64,000 bases of DNA from a virus (Duplodnaviria > Caudoviricetes), in the IMG/VR virus record IMGVR_UViG_3300043567_000458; one strand, 5' to 3'. This document shows, piece by piece, positions 46,141 through 55,295 of the stretch; position 1 is the stretch's first letter, and each line of letters starts with the position of its first letter. Position numbers and translations under genes: made by a program. The notes beneath the pieces were generated by a model. The model was not told the origin of the DNA and searched no databases. It saw only the letters and a list, made by a program, of their open reading frames with translations.

Positions 46141-46961
46141 CTGAATAATCTAGAAATTGGTATGCCTTGACGTATTTCGTCCACGGTCCACTCGGTGTGA
46201 CATAGTTTTAAAAACCATTCAGTTCTGTCTGGCACATAGGGACTGTCTAATTCTGACCATTTGATGCTGAGATCTGCAGCTAGACTAGACGAATCACACA
46301 TTATAGGAACACCATTTATGGCTGCTTGAATAGCTGGTCCGCTGTTATGGTTGATCACGCAATGATAATTGTAAAAAATATCAAAACTGTCATAGGTATC
46401 GGGTATAAGCACGGGTCTTTCTACCTCCACCCCAGATTGCTTGAACGGAAATGCTGACCGAGGATGATATCTCACACGGATTCTTCTATGAGTATGTTGT
46501 TTTATTTTTCCAATGGTGTCTGCTACCCAGTCTTTCATGGCAGGCATTCCTTGCCATTGTAGACTTTCTTGATGTTGGCAGGCTATTAATATTTCGCCAC
46601 GACGTGTGGTGGCAATTGGCTGCAATTTAACACCTAATTTTTCAGGTCTAGTTGGATCGAGATTGATATCGTTGCCGAATCTGCCAAGATTGTTGATATG
46701 GTCGAGACTGATGCGCCAAGTTTCGCCTCTTTTCAGATTTCCTACTTCTATGATCATCACAGATTTGCCTGATTGTCGACACTGTTCGTAGATTGTTTTA
46801 TTTGAACGCATTCTACCGGCCCATAGCACAGACCAAATCACAGACACGTCTTCGTTGTCATGCACAATGGTATGCCCTAGTTGTTTTAAACCTTGTTCTA
46901 GAGCGTCAAACACAGGAGGACTGTTTAACGCACCGTATTCTCGATATAATTTGAAGCGCAT
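46137..46961 (-). CDS. GT-B / KpsS-like (capsule synthesis) glycosyltransferase paralogue 1
   Basis: ILIACQ, VRYHP and VINHNSGPAIQAAINGVP motifs. Confidence 0.6.
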   Translation of the reverse strand: MRFKLYREYGALNSPPVFDALEQGLKQLGHTIVHDNEDVSVIWSVLWAGRMRSNKTIYEQCRQSGKSVMIIEVGNLKRGETWRISLDHINNLGRFGNDINLDPTRPEKLGVKLQPIATTRRGEILIACQHQESLQWQGMPAMKDWVADTIGKIKQHTHRRIRVRYHPRSAFPFKQSGVEVERPVLIPDTYDSFDIFYNYHCVINHNSGPAIQAAINGVPIMCDSSSLAADLSIKWSELDSPYVPDRTEWFLKLCHTEWTVDEIRQGIPISRLFS

Positions 46962-46969
46962 AATGTTGA

Positions 46970-47007
46970 TAAATAATCTACGTAGTTAATACTGCCATAT
47001 ATTTATA
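46970..47007. promoter_or_regulatory. Divergent late-type promoters
   Basis: TAAATA on plus at 46970-46975; TATAAATA on minus at 47000-47007. Confidence 0.6.
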
Positions 47008-47011
47008 GATC

Positions 47012-47410
47012 ATGAATAAGATTAAAAAAAGACTGAGTAAATTGTCAAAAAACGCAGACAATGCGTTGGTAATTGGTGCCGCATTTGGTCAATTAGAACA
47101 ACTGTTAGACTTATATTCAACAATTTTTGTTGTGAACGAAGACAACACAGAACTAAAAGCAAAAAATCTCATTTATAGACAAAGCATTGACAGATTAGAT
47201 AGCATTGTAAATGTCAGGGCAGTATTTTTTGACATCAAACACATCTCTAAATTAGAAAGTCTGCAAACATTTTGGAAGAAAAATAATTCGTTGATATTCA
47301 TTGAAGGCGGCGACGCTTTGCCTAGGGATCTATCAACGCCGTTATACGATTCAGGGTGGCGATGCACCAGTCTCCAAGGAGCATTTCACGTATGGGAAAA
47401 ACAACAATGA
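47012..47410 (+). CDS. Hypothetical protein (possible degenerate Rossmann/MTase fold)
   Basis: ALVIGAAFG; coupled to the next gene. Confidence 0.6.
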   Translation: MNKIKKRLSKLSKNADNALVIGAAFGQLEQLLDLYSTIFVVNEDNTELKAKNLIYRQSIDRLDSIVNVRAVFFDIKHISKLESLQTFWKKNNSLIFIEGGDALPRDLSTPLYDSGWRCTSLQGAFHVWEKQQ

Positions 47411-48240
47411 AAATAGCAGTAGTAACAACCTTTCACGAAGACGGACTTAACAAATATGCACAGCGTATGATCAACACCTTCTGCGAGAACTGGCCTACTG
47501 AGGTCATACTTCATTTATATCCCGAAAAGTGCAACCCTGCGATCCGTGATCACAGTCGTGTCACACTGAAACGTCTAGAAGAAGTTGCAGAACTAATGAC
47601 TTTTAAAAACACATGGAAAGATGTGCCTAAGGCCAACGGCGATGTGTCGGCGGATCCTGTGAGATCTCTAAGAAAAGATTCAGGCAAAGGATTCAAATGG
47701 CATGCTGTGAGATTTGCACATAAAGTTTATGCCATATTTGATTGTGTCAAAGAAACAGATGCGGATATTTTAATATGGATGGATGCAGATACTATTTGCC
47801 ACAGTCCTATCACCATGACCGATCTATACAAGATGATTCCCACTGATAGTGAGCTGTGCTATCTGGGTCGAAGGGGCAAATATTCAGAGTGTGGTTTGTA
47901 TGCAATGAATCTACGATCGCCTAACATTCAACTTTTTCTCAAAGAATTTCAAAGAGTCTATGATCAAGCCGAACAAGGAATTTTTCAGTTAGCTGAGTGG
48001 CATGACAGTTTTGTGTTTGATGCGGTACGAGTAAAATTTCCGCAGATGCGACAACTAGATTGGGCAGCACACTTGCATGACCTACGTCCAGCACCAGGAA
48101 TGACGTCGGGCGAAGGACACCCATTAATTAATAGCCAATGGGGCGCATGGCTGGATCACCTCAAGGGTGGTAGAAAGAAATTAGGTCGTAGTAAACCTGA
48201 AGATCTAAAAGTTCAAAGAACAGAAGCGTATTGGCGTTAG
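47407..48240 (+). CDS. Putative GT-A fold glycosyltransferase
   Basis: AVRFAHKV, IWMDADT (DxD), WHDSFVFD and DHLKG motifs. Confidence 0.7.
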   Translation: MKIAVVTTFHEDGLNKYAQRMINTFCENWPTEVILHLYPEKCNPAIRDHSRVTLKRLEEVAELMTFKNTWKDVPKANGDVSADPVRSLRKDSGKGFKWHAVRFAHKVYAIFDCVKETDADILIWMDADTICHSPITMTDLYKMIPTDSELCYLGRRGKYSECGLYAMNLRSPNIQLFLKEFQRVYDQAEQGIFQLAEWHDSFVFDAVRVKFPQMRQLDWAAHLHDLRPAPGMTSGEGHPLINSQWGAWLDHLKGGRKKLGRSKPEDLKVQRTEAYWR

Positions 48241-49163
48241 AGATACTGTTTGAAAAATTGCCAAGCTTCTCCGGATCGAAGTTCATTAAAATTCCAATGG
48301 CACATAGATATCTGTTCAATCCATGATTTTCTCTCGGGCATCTCGGGATTTTCTAATCGACTTAAATCTGTATTCGCTACTTGGTAACTTTGACTACGCT
48401 GTGGATTATGATCTGTAAGAAATGCCGGAACTCCTTCAATAATACTAGCCACGCTTGGACTACTGTTGTATACTACTGTGGCCCATGCACCTCTTAAATC
48501 GTCGACTAATCTTTCATTAACACTTAATCGTACACCTTTGCCGTAAATTTTTAAAATTGATTTAATTTTTTTATCTCCGGGGTGTGTTCGAACAACAATC
48601 TGACGTTTTCTACTATGCTGTCTAATTTGTGCAATAGTTTGATCTAACCATGTCTGAACATCTAGCCCACCCATGCTCCACCCACCGTGTCGCTGTAGGC
48701 AAATCAATATGTGCTCTCCCTGTGTTCTCCAAGGCTGCAAACTTATGCGTAAATCGTGACTAATTTTTTGCCAACGTCCAGGATCGATATCTCGATCAAA
48801 GTAAAATCCAGTAGTAGGAAAAACTCCATCAAAACTGTATCTCAGATAGGTTTTGGTATTATTCGGATCAGCATATAAAAACAAATTGCTGTCTACGATT
48901 AAACTTCTCCGATTGTTTTCTTTCTGCAATGCAACGGCATCTTGTCTCAATTGAAGATGAGGAGCCGATTTACCATGTTCGTGAACAAACCCCTGTATCA
49001 ATGCTACATCACAAGGCACAGCATTCATCCCAGTGTGTGCAATGGCATGATCCCCGGACGATTTCACTCCCTGCAAAAAATTATCCAAGATCAAAGGTTT
49101 TTCTGGATTCTTGTTTGTAGGCGGGATTCCACCATAATAGGCCACAGCGGTGATGTTAGACAC
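48237..49163 (-). CDS. GT-B / KpsS-like paralogue 2
   Basis: ILICLQ, VRTHP and VVYNSSPSVASIIEGVP motifs. Confidence 0.6.
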   Translation of the reverse strand: MSNITAVAYYGGIPPTNKNPEKPLILDNFLQGVKSSGDHAIAHTGMNAVPCDVALIQGFVHEHGKSAPHLQLRQDAVALQKENNRRSLIVDSNLFLYADPNNTKTYLRYSFDGVFPTTGFYFDRDIDPGRWQKISHDLRISLQPWRTQGEHILICLQRHGGWSMGGLDVQTWLDQTIAQIRQHSRKRQIVVRTHPGDKKIKSILKIYGKGVRLSVNERLVDDLRGAWATVVYNSSPSVASIIEGVPAFLTDHNPQRSQSYQVANTDLSRLENPEMPERKSWIEQISMCHWNFNELRSGEAWQFFKQYL

Positions 49164-50250
49164 TGTGATATTCCTTTACTATATTGTATGCAGTTCCGTC
49201 CATGAGTTCATTGTAGGTAAACTGACAATAACTAAGCCATGCTAGCCAATCGCCAAGCGGGCCATAATATAAATCATTGATCTGTGCTAGATTATTTCTA
49301 GTAACAGAGTTACTAACATGTTTGTCAAGAGTGATAGCAGGAATGCCTGCCCAGATAGATTCCACAGCACTGTTTGAATTGATACTAACCGTGCAATAGT
49401 AGTCTCCATCTAGCAGTGTTTGATAAAGACTAGTGCGTGTTTTCTTATTAGTTTTAGATCTAATTTCTATAGGTCTATCTGTGTGTTTTTTCAGTTCATC
49501 GACGATTTGTTTGGTCCAAGATTCCACATCTACATGCATGATGCTGGCTGCAAACTCGCCGGGCTCTACCACTAATATTTTTTTGCCAGTGTTACGCCAA
49601 GGTCTAGGAAATTCTGTGAAATTTTTCAATCTATCTGCAGGTGCAACAAATTGATTATTAAAATGCAGGTGATTTCTTGTAAGCCTATGCCATTTTTTAT
49701 TAGATTCAACAAAATTAGTATACCCGCTATCTATGAACCAGAACGGAAGATGATTATCAATTTTATCTACAATGATATTTTCATTGCCTACTGTGTTTCG
49801 TAATAGACAGTCTTCTGCGCTGTTCAAGAAATCTCTGCGACGAATCATAGTTGCTGTGGGATCAATTTGTAGTCCAACGGTTTTGATAAAATATTGTTGA
49901 TCACTATTCATATAGGCGTCAATGATATTTTCAGCACCTAATTTTTCTATCACGTATTCAGCCTTTTTGTGTATTTGGCCGAAATAATTTTTTCTGTAAT
50001 TTTCTAAAACTGTGTTGACTTTACTGCGCCATTCTATAGCATCCGCAGAGACTCCCCGCCATAGTTTTTCTTTAAACTTATCACGGAATTTTTCAATATC
50101 AAATTTATGATGATCTCTTTTTTCGATGATAAAGTGTATAGCTTCTGCAGTTTTACGCTCATCTAACTCAATGTGTGCGCAATGATCTTTTAAATCTATC
50201 AGACTGATAAGATAGTGTGCAAGTTCTTTGTCGTTTACTAGTAATTTCAT
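49156..50250 (-). CDS. GT-B / KpsS-like paralogue 3 with N-terminal extension
   Basis: FIDSGY, RPIEIRSK and VSINSNSAVESIWAGIP motifs. Confidence 0.6.
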   Translation of the reverse strand: MKLLVNDKELAHYLISLIDLKDHCAHIELDERKTAEAIHFIIEKRDHHKFDIEKFRDKFKEKLWRGVSADAIEWRSKVNTVLENYRKNYFGQIHKKAEYVIEKLGAENIIDAYMNSDQQYFIKTVGLQIDPTATMIRRRDFLNSAEDCLLRNTVGNENIIVDKIDNHLPFWFIDSGYTNFVESNKKWHRLTRNHLHFNNQFVAPADRLKNFTEFPRPWRNTGKKILVVEPGEFAASIMHVDVESWTKQIVDELKKHTDRPIEIRSKTNKKTRTSLYQTLLDGDYYCTVSINSNSAVESIWAGIPAITLDKHVSNSVTRNNLAQINDLYYGPLGDWLAWLSYCQFTYNELMDGTAYNIVKEYHSV

Positions 50251-51017
50251 TGATTTAATATTTTCCAGGCTGTACCGTTGGTAATTTCTTCTTGGGTGAA
50301 CTGGCCATACGCCAAGGTCTTACACATTTCGGTTATATTTTCTGTCGAAGGTTTGAATGGATTTCCGAGTGTGGATAGATCGGTAGATGCCAGAGTGCTG
50401 GCTGCGCAAGGCACCGAAACAAATGCCGGGATGCCGTATAGCACACTTTCCAATGATGCTATGCTGTTGAATGACACCGTGGCGTAAACTCCAGAATTAA
50501 ATGCGTCGTAAATTGAATATCCATGTCCCCTTTCACTTCTTGATCCTTTCGCCCTGATTTCAATCGGCAAATTAGAATATGTTTTTATTTTTTCAGTAGT
50601 TTCTTTAATCCATGTATCACAATCAATATCAAAATATCTACAGGCTTTGGGATTCGGCAATACCAATAATATCTTTTTATTAAAAGGTTTCCAGCCTTTC
50701 CAACTCAATCTAGGATCTTGGTTAAGAAGATTGATCCATCGATCGGCGGGAACTGATTGAGGGGTAATATGTTGTAGATCATTTTTTACAATTCGGTGCC
50801 ACCATTTTTTACCTGACTTGTTTCCTACACTTGGAAAATTACCTACATAACCAGTATCTATGTAATAAAAATCTCTGTTCGTCTTTTTGCACTCTACTAT
50901 TTCGCTTTTGCTTGTTACCCCACGAACAACCATAGGGTTATCAATGTTGGACATATCCGTAGTACAAAAATGATTCGACCCTACGACCAGAGATTCTTCT
51001 AAAGATAGTTCTTTCAT
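50247..51017 (-). CDS. GT-B / KpsS-like paralogue 4
   Basis: YIDTGY, RIVKNDLQH and VSFNSIASLESVLYGIP motifs. Confidence 0.6.
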   Translation of the reverse strand: MKELSLEESLVVGSNHFCTTDMSNIDNPMVVRGVTSKSEIVECKKTNRDFYYIDTGYVGNFPSVGNKSGKKWWHRIVKNDLQHITPQSVPADRWINLLNQDPRLSWKGWKPFNKKILLVLPNPKACRYFDIDCDTWIKETTEKIKTYSNLPIEIRAKGSRSERGHGYSIYDAFNSGVYATVSFNSIASLESVLYGIPAFVSVPCAASTLASTDLSTLGNPFKPSTENITEMCKTLAYGQFTQEEITNGTAWKILNQ

Positions 51018-51826
51018 AATGTTAATAACATCTCCATGGCTTTGCCGTTTCTCAATTCTGAATTATGAAACTGCCCGTATGACAAATGACAGGCCCACGC
51101 ATATAATTTATCTTGGTCGGGATAGTAAGGTTCGTTTATTTTAGATAGATCCTGCAAACTAACAGGACTAGCTGCATTAGCCGGTGCTAGAGTAAATGCA
51201 GGTATTCCAAGGAATACAGCTTCTGTAGCTGCTACACTGTTGAATGTAACTAATGCAAATACATCATCATTGAGGGCCTGTTCTAGTGTATCGTTAACTG
51301 TTCTATCTAATCTTTTAGGTGCCCGCTCTCTAACTACCACAGGTCTATCTGTGTATTTTTTTATTTCATTTACTGTATGTTCTAACCAAATATCTAGATT
51401 GTAGTCATAGAATCGCATGGGTTTTTCATCTGGTTTCGCTACTAGTATCTTTCTTCCATCTTTCTTCCAGGGCTGAAACTTTTTATTAAAATGTTTAAAT
51501 CTATCATCTTTTCTTGGCACGATCTCGCCATGTTGTAGATTGTTCTTTACTATACGATGCCAATTTTTCCAACCATTGGGATTTGAATCAGTTCTCTCAT
51601 TGCCAAAATATCCCGTGTCTATATAATAGAAATCACGACTATCTTCCCAACATTGGTGTATCCACTTTTTCTTAAGTATACCTCTTAATACAATAGGATC
51701 AATACTGTCGTTGTAATTAAAATCTTCAGTTGAAGTTGTTCTAGTGTTGCACCCCTGTGCAAACATGTTAATATATGGATCTTTGCCGTCTTTGCTTAAA
51801 AAGATCATAGACCGTGCTGTAGACAA
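51014..51826 (-). CDS. GT-B / KpsS-like paralogue 5
   Basis: YIDTGY, RIVKNNLQH and VTFNSVAATEAVFLGIP motifs. Confidence 0.6.
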   Translation of the reverse strand: MSTARSMIFLSKDGKDPYINMFAQGCNTRTTSTEDFNYNDSIDPIVLRGILKKKWIHQCWEDSRDFYYIDTGYFGNERTDSNPNGWKNWHRIVKNNLQHGEIVPRKDDRFKHFNKKFQPWKKDGRKILVAKPDEKPMRFYDYNLDIWLEHTVNEIKKYTDRPVVVRERAPKRLDRTVNDTLEQALNDDVFALVTFNSVAATEAVFLGIPAFTLAPANAASPVSLQDLSKINEPYYPDQDKLYAWACHLSYGQFHNSELRNGKAMEMLLTL

Positions 51827-52485
51827 TAATCTACGTAAATTTTTTCTCTATGCCATTCGTTGGAGAAATCACCCTGGTCTGAAAATTCATGGAAGCAAGG
51901 TGTTCCTAGGGTATAGTGAACTAATTTTGCTTGAGGGTTCCACTCGTATTCAATATCCAGCCAGTTCCATTCTACTGGAAGTTCGCCGACTAAGTCGTCA
52001 GTAAGCCATGTAAATCTATGTACCTGTGCTCCAGTGGCATTTTGTATAAACTCCGGAGTAACCACAGCATTGGCAGGGTGCCCACAGTTCCAAAGTATCA
52101 CACTAGACCAATTTTTACAAGGATAGTCTTCGTTCTTGGCACCAAGATACTTTTCAGACATTTTAGTTTTGTAGTCGTGTTTAACAACCATAACTGCTTT
52201 TGAATTATCTCTTAATGCCCATAGTTTTTCAATGTCGTCACGCAATAACATATCGCCGTCCATGAATATTGCCCAACCTTTATATTGCATTAAGTGTGGA
52301 ACAAGGAAGCGACTGTAGATAAAATGATTACTACCGTCGGTGTGTTTTTCTTCGTAGTCTTTTAATATGTTCAATGCCAACGGGTTAATACTCACTGGAT
52401 GACTAGAATGTCTAATAATACTGTTTGAACACACATGGTATGCTATGGCTTCTCGGGGATCATACCCAATAAAAATTGGAATCAT
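51805..52485 (-). CDS. Glycosyltransferase (GT8-like GT-A fold)
   Basis: IFIGYDPRE, FIYSRFLVP, FMDGDM, NWSSV, EWNWL and HYTLGTP motifs. Confidence 0.82.
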   Translation of the reverse strand: MIPIFIGYDPREAIAYHVCSNSIIRHSSHPVSINPLALNILKDYEEKHTDGSNHFIYSRFLVPHLMQYKGWAIFMDGDMLLRDDIEKLWALRDNSKAVMVVKHDYKTKMSEKYLGAKNEDYPCKNWSSVILWNCGHPANAVVTPEFIQNATGAQVHRFTWLTDDLVGELPVEWNWLDIEYEWNPQAKLVHYTLGTPCFHEFSDQGDFSNEWHREKIYVDYCLQHGL

Positions 52486-53243
52486 TTTCTTTCTATATCC
52501 TCTTCTATGCACTGATCTCCGTATTGTATTTCTACAACTTTCAGAGGCTGATCGGTTTCGTTGCATAACTTATGCCATTGATGCTTGTTGATGTGTATAT
52601 GTTGAAATCGAGTAAATTCACCTAGCAGATCCATGTCTGTAGATTGGTCAACAGTATAGACTGTAGCGATGCCTTCAGACACGAACCAATGTTCTGCTCG
52701 ATTTTGATGGCGTTGCATGCTGAGACAGGTTTTAGGTAATACCGTAAGTTCTTTGACTTTGACTTCTTGACCTTGTTCATGCAAGACACGATAGTATCCC
52801 CAGGCCCTACCGGTCTTAGGAGCCTTCCATTCTTGAAGAATCCACGAACTAGAATTCATTTTATTTTCGCCGCCCACACCAAATACAAATGACAAATTGG
52901 AATCTACAACATCCATCTCTGGAATGTTATCTTTGGTCCTATCGCCGCCATTGGCAAATATCAGTTTGGCATCGGGATAATGTGCTCGCACTTGTTGAAT
53001 AAAATGTTTTGCTGATCCGTCATCGTCATTAAAGGTATAAACTTCGTCAACCATCGATAGATTATTGATGATGCACAGTCGTTCGTTCCACGGCATAAAG
53101 GCCGCGCCTTTTTTACGGACAAGCCAATCGTCAGAATTTAATCCAACAATTAACATGTCTCCTAGAGTTTTTGCAGCTTTGAAGTAGGCAATGTGCCCGG
53201 AATGTAGGGGATCAAATCCACCAGTAATTAAAACGATTTTCAT
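52482..53243 (-). CDS. Cytidylyltransferase-family (RfaE/TagD-like) nucleotidyltransferase fused to a mannose-6-phosphate-isomerase-like cupin
   Basis: GGFDPLHSGH, GLNSD and FANGGDR in the N-domain; WGYY, LSMQRH..RAEHW and VEIQYG in the C-domain. Confidence 0.88.
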   Translation of the reverse strand: MKIVLITGGFDPLHSGHIAYFKAAKTLGDMLIVGLNSDDWLVRKKGAAFMPWNERLCIINNLSMVDEVYTFNDDDGSAKHFIQQVRAHYPDAKLIFANGGDRTKDNIPEMDVVDSNLSFVFGVGGENKMNSSSWILQEWKAPKTGRAWGYYRVLHEQGQEVKVKELTVLPKTCLSMQRHQNRAEHWFVSEGIATVYTVDQSTDMDLLGEFTRFQHIHINKHQWHKLCNETDQPLKVVEIQYGDQCIEEDIERK

Positions 53244-53275
53244 GCAGATATTTATCTGCGTATATTATCTAGTAT

Positions 53276-53731
53276 TTAAAGACTGGCGTCTTCTAGTCCA
53301 GATACTCGTAGTTTAACAATGTTGCTGAGATGCCATTGTTTTTGGTCAAGTGCTTTGATAATGCCCAGCCATTTGTTGCGTAGAAGAGCGAAATCGTTGA
53401 TAATTTTTTCAAAGTCTACAACGTCAGCTTCACCTTCAACGAACTTTTCACAGTCCCTTGAAGATAAAGCTCGTTGATAATTTTCGAGATACTTGCGAAA
53501 ATGTTGACTGCGAAGTCTACGAAGTTCAATATTTAAGTATTCAAGGATACCTTCAATTTCTTGAAGTTGATTAAAGCGTTCTTCCACAATGCCGGGCATC
53601 TGCGAACTTGCCTTCTCGATGTTACCCGCTATGCGGACATCTTGTTTTGCTTCGATTAACTCAGCTTCATAATAGGCCGCAGCATCTGGAATGTTGCTTA
53701 TATCTTTACTAACCTTGTCGTACCAATTCAT
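53276..53731 (-). CDS. uvsY: UvsY-like recombination mediator
   Basis: Helical 151-aa protein (YLENYQRALSSRDCEKFVEG...KQW) downstream of uvsX. Confidence 0.75.
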   Translation of the reverse strand: MNWYDKVSKDISNIPDAAAYYEAELIEAKQDVRIAGNIEKASSQMPGIVEERFNQLQEIEGILEYLNIELRRLRSQHFRKYLENYQRALSSRDCEKFVEGEADVVDFEKIINDFALLRNKWLGIIKALDQKQWHLSNIVKLRVSGLEDASL

Positions 53732-53965
53732 TTATTCCTCTTCGTCGTAGCTGTCTACATCTTCTTCGATCTCTTCACCGTCGATGGCGTATGTGATAGC
53801 TTCGTCAAGAAAAGGATCTACTCCTTGCAAACTGTCTAACACACTTTCTTTGATACCGTAGTCAAGCAATGTGTTTACAAAATCAGTGGCCACATCCGGT
53901 CTTTGTTTTTCAGGAATATGTCCAATTACCACGTGCCACAGGTCAGCGATTAAATCTTCTTTCAT
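53732..53965 (-). CDS. Small acidic protein
   Basis: Between uvsX and uvsY. Confidence 0.75.
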   Translation of the reverse strand: MKEDLIADLWHVVIGHIPEKQRPDVATDFVNTLLDYGIKESVLDSLQGVDPFLDEAITYAIDGEEIEEDVDSYDEEE

Positions 53966-55041
53966 TGTGCTTCCTCCAAGTCTGGTTCAACTGTAGTAGT
54001 TATCTCAGATGTGGAAATTTCACCATGTTTGGAAATATCTTCCATGGCAATGTCTAGGCCGTCTTTCTCATTACGTTCCCAAGCCTTGCGGAACTGCTTG
54101 ATGATCTCGCCGTCTTTGGTAGTGTAGACAAGGCTGTTACCTTCTTTCTTGAGCATGCCTTTGGCTTCGAACAGGTCGACTAATCCACTATATGGACTCA
54201 TACCTGTTTCATAAGGAATCTCGACCTGCACACTTTCAAACGGCTTTGCATAACGAGTTTTCATGATCTTACAAGCAGCACGAATACCTTGCACAGTTGT
54301 GGTCTTGTTGCCATCAGCATCGAGTTTCAGTTTCAATTTACGCATGGCAACCACGATTGAACTGGCGTAGATAAAGCCTTGACCGCCACTGATCTTGTCG
54401 TCTGGATCAAACATGTCTTGGCTTGCGTATGTGTGATTGGTTGCGACTAGACCAATACCTAGACTACCAAACATGTTTACACAATTACGAACCAGTGCTG
54501 TGAGTGCTTTAGGTTTACGGCCCATGTCACCTTTGAGATCCCCGGCTTGAAACTGGTTAACATCAGTGGGAGTCAGTAACATTCCAAGACTGTCAATGAT
54601 GAACAATACTTTAGGACGCTCGTCTTCTGGCATTGTCTTGTATTCTGCAACAAATTCTGTAATAGTTTTTGCCACATCGTCAATCATGGCCATGTTAAGT
54701 TTCAACAACTTATCTGGACTTGTATCAACTTCAAGTGCGTGTAACCATTTCTCGTCAAGCGCATTTTCTGTATCAATCAAGATCGGAAAGATACCTTGTG
54801 CTTGTGCATTCTTAACTAGATTGCCTGAACAGATAAAACTCTTACCTGCGCCACTTTCGCCTGCAAATACTGTAACTTTACCTAGCGGAATACCACGTTT
54901 AAAGTCTCCGCTAATAAGATAATTTAATGCATAGTTGTTTGTACTGACCCAATCAGTTGGGTCGTTAAAGCCAATACTTAAACCGTCAATAGATTTAGTA
55001 ATTGACTTTCTAAATTTAGAAATATCAAATGCTTTTGCCAT
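53962..55041 (-). CDS. uvsX: RecA/UvsX recombinase
   Basis: AGESGAGKS, IDTENA, IIDSLG, NHTY and SGG motifs. Confidence 0.95.
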   Translation of the reverse strand: MAKAFDISKFRKSITKSIDGLSIGFNDPTDWVSTNNYALNYLISGDFKRGIPLGKVTVFAGESGAGKSFICSGNLVKNAQAQGIFPILIDTENALDEKWLHALEVDTSPDKLLKLNMAMIDDVAKTITEFVAEYKTMPEDERPKVLFIIDSLGMLLTPTDVNQFQAGDLKGDMGRKPKALTALVRNCVNMFGSLGIGLVATNHTYASQDMFDPDDKISGGQGFIYASSIVVAMRKLKLKLDADGNKTTTVQGIRAACKIMKTRYAKPFESVQVEIPYETGMSPYSGLVDLFEAKGMLKKEGNSLVYTTKDGEIIKQFRKAWERNEKDGLDIAMEDISKHGEISTSEITTTVEPDLEEAQ

Positions 55042-55042
55042 A

Positions 55043-55234
55043 TTAATTGTCCAGGTCCATTGCGTTGTATTCTTTGATTAACGCAATTAATTCTTCTTCT
55101 GTGTTGCAGACTGTTTTAGAATTCTTCCATTCTTCTTTTTTATCACGCCCGCTAATTTCAACCATCCAAGCATTATCATAACGATTGATCGTGATTGATT
55201 CGCTCACTTTTGTTAATTTAGTTAGTTTTGCCAT
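55043..55234 (-). CDS. Small conserved hypothetical protein
   Basis: MAKLTKLTKVSESITINRYDNAWMVEISGRD. Confidence 0.7.
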   Translation of the reverse strand: MAKLTKLTKVSESITINRYDNAWMVEISGRDKKEEWKNSKTVCNTEEELIALIKEYNAMDLDN

Positions 55235-55249
55235 TATTATTTTCCTAGA

Positions 55250-55282
55250 AATGAAAGAGAGTGCGAGATTGCCTCGCACTCT
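55250..55282 (-). terminator. Hairpin terminator after the SSB gene
   Basis: AGAGTGCGAG/CTCGCACTCT stem; T-rich tail on the minus strand. Confidence 0.65.
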
Positions 55283-55295
55283 ATGTTTAGTCTAA

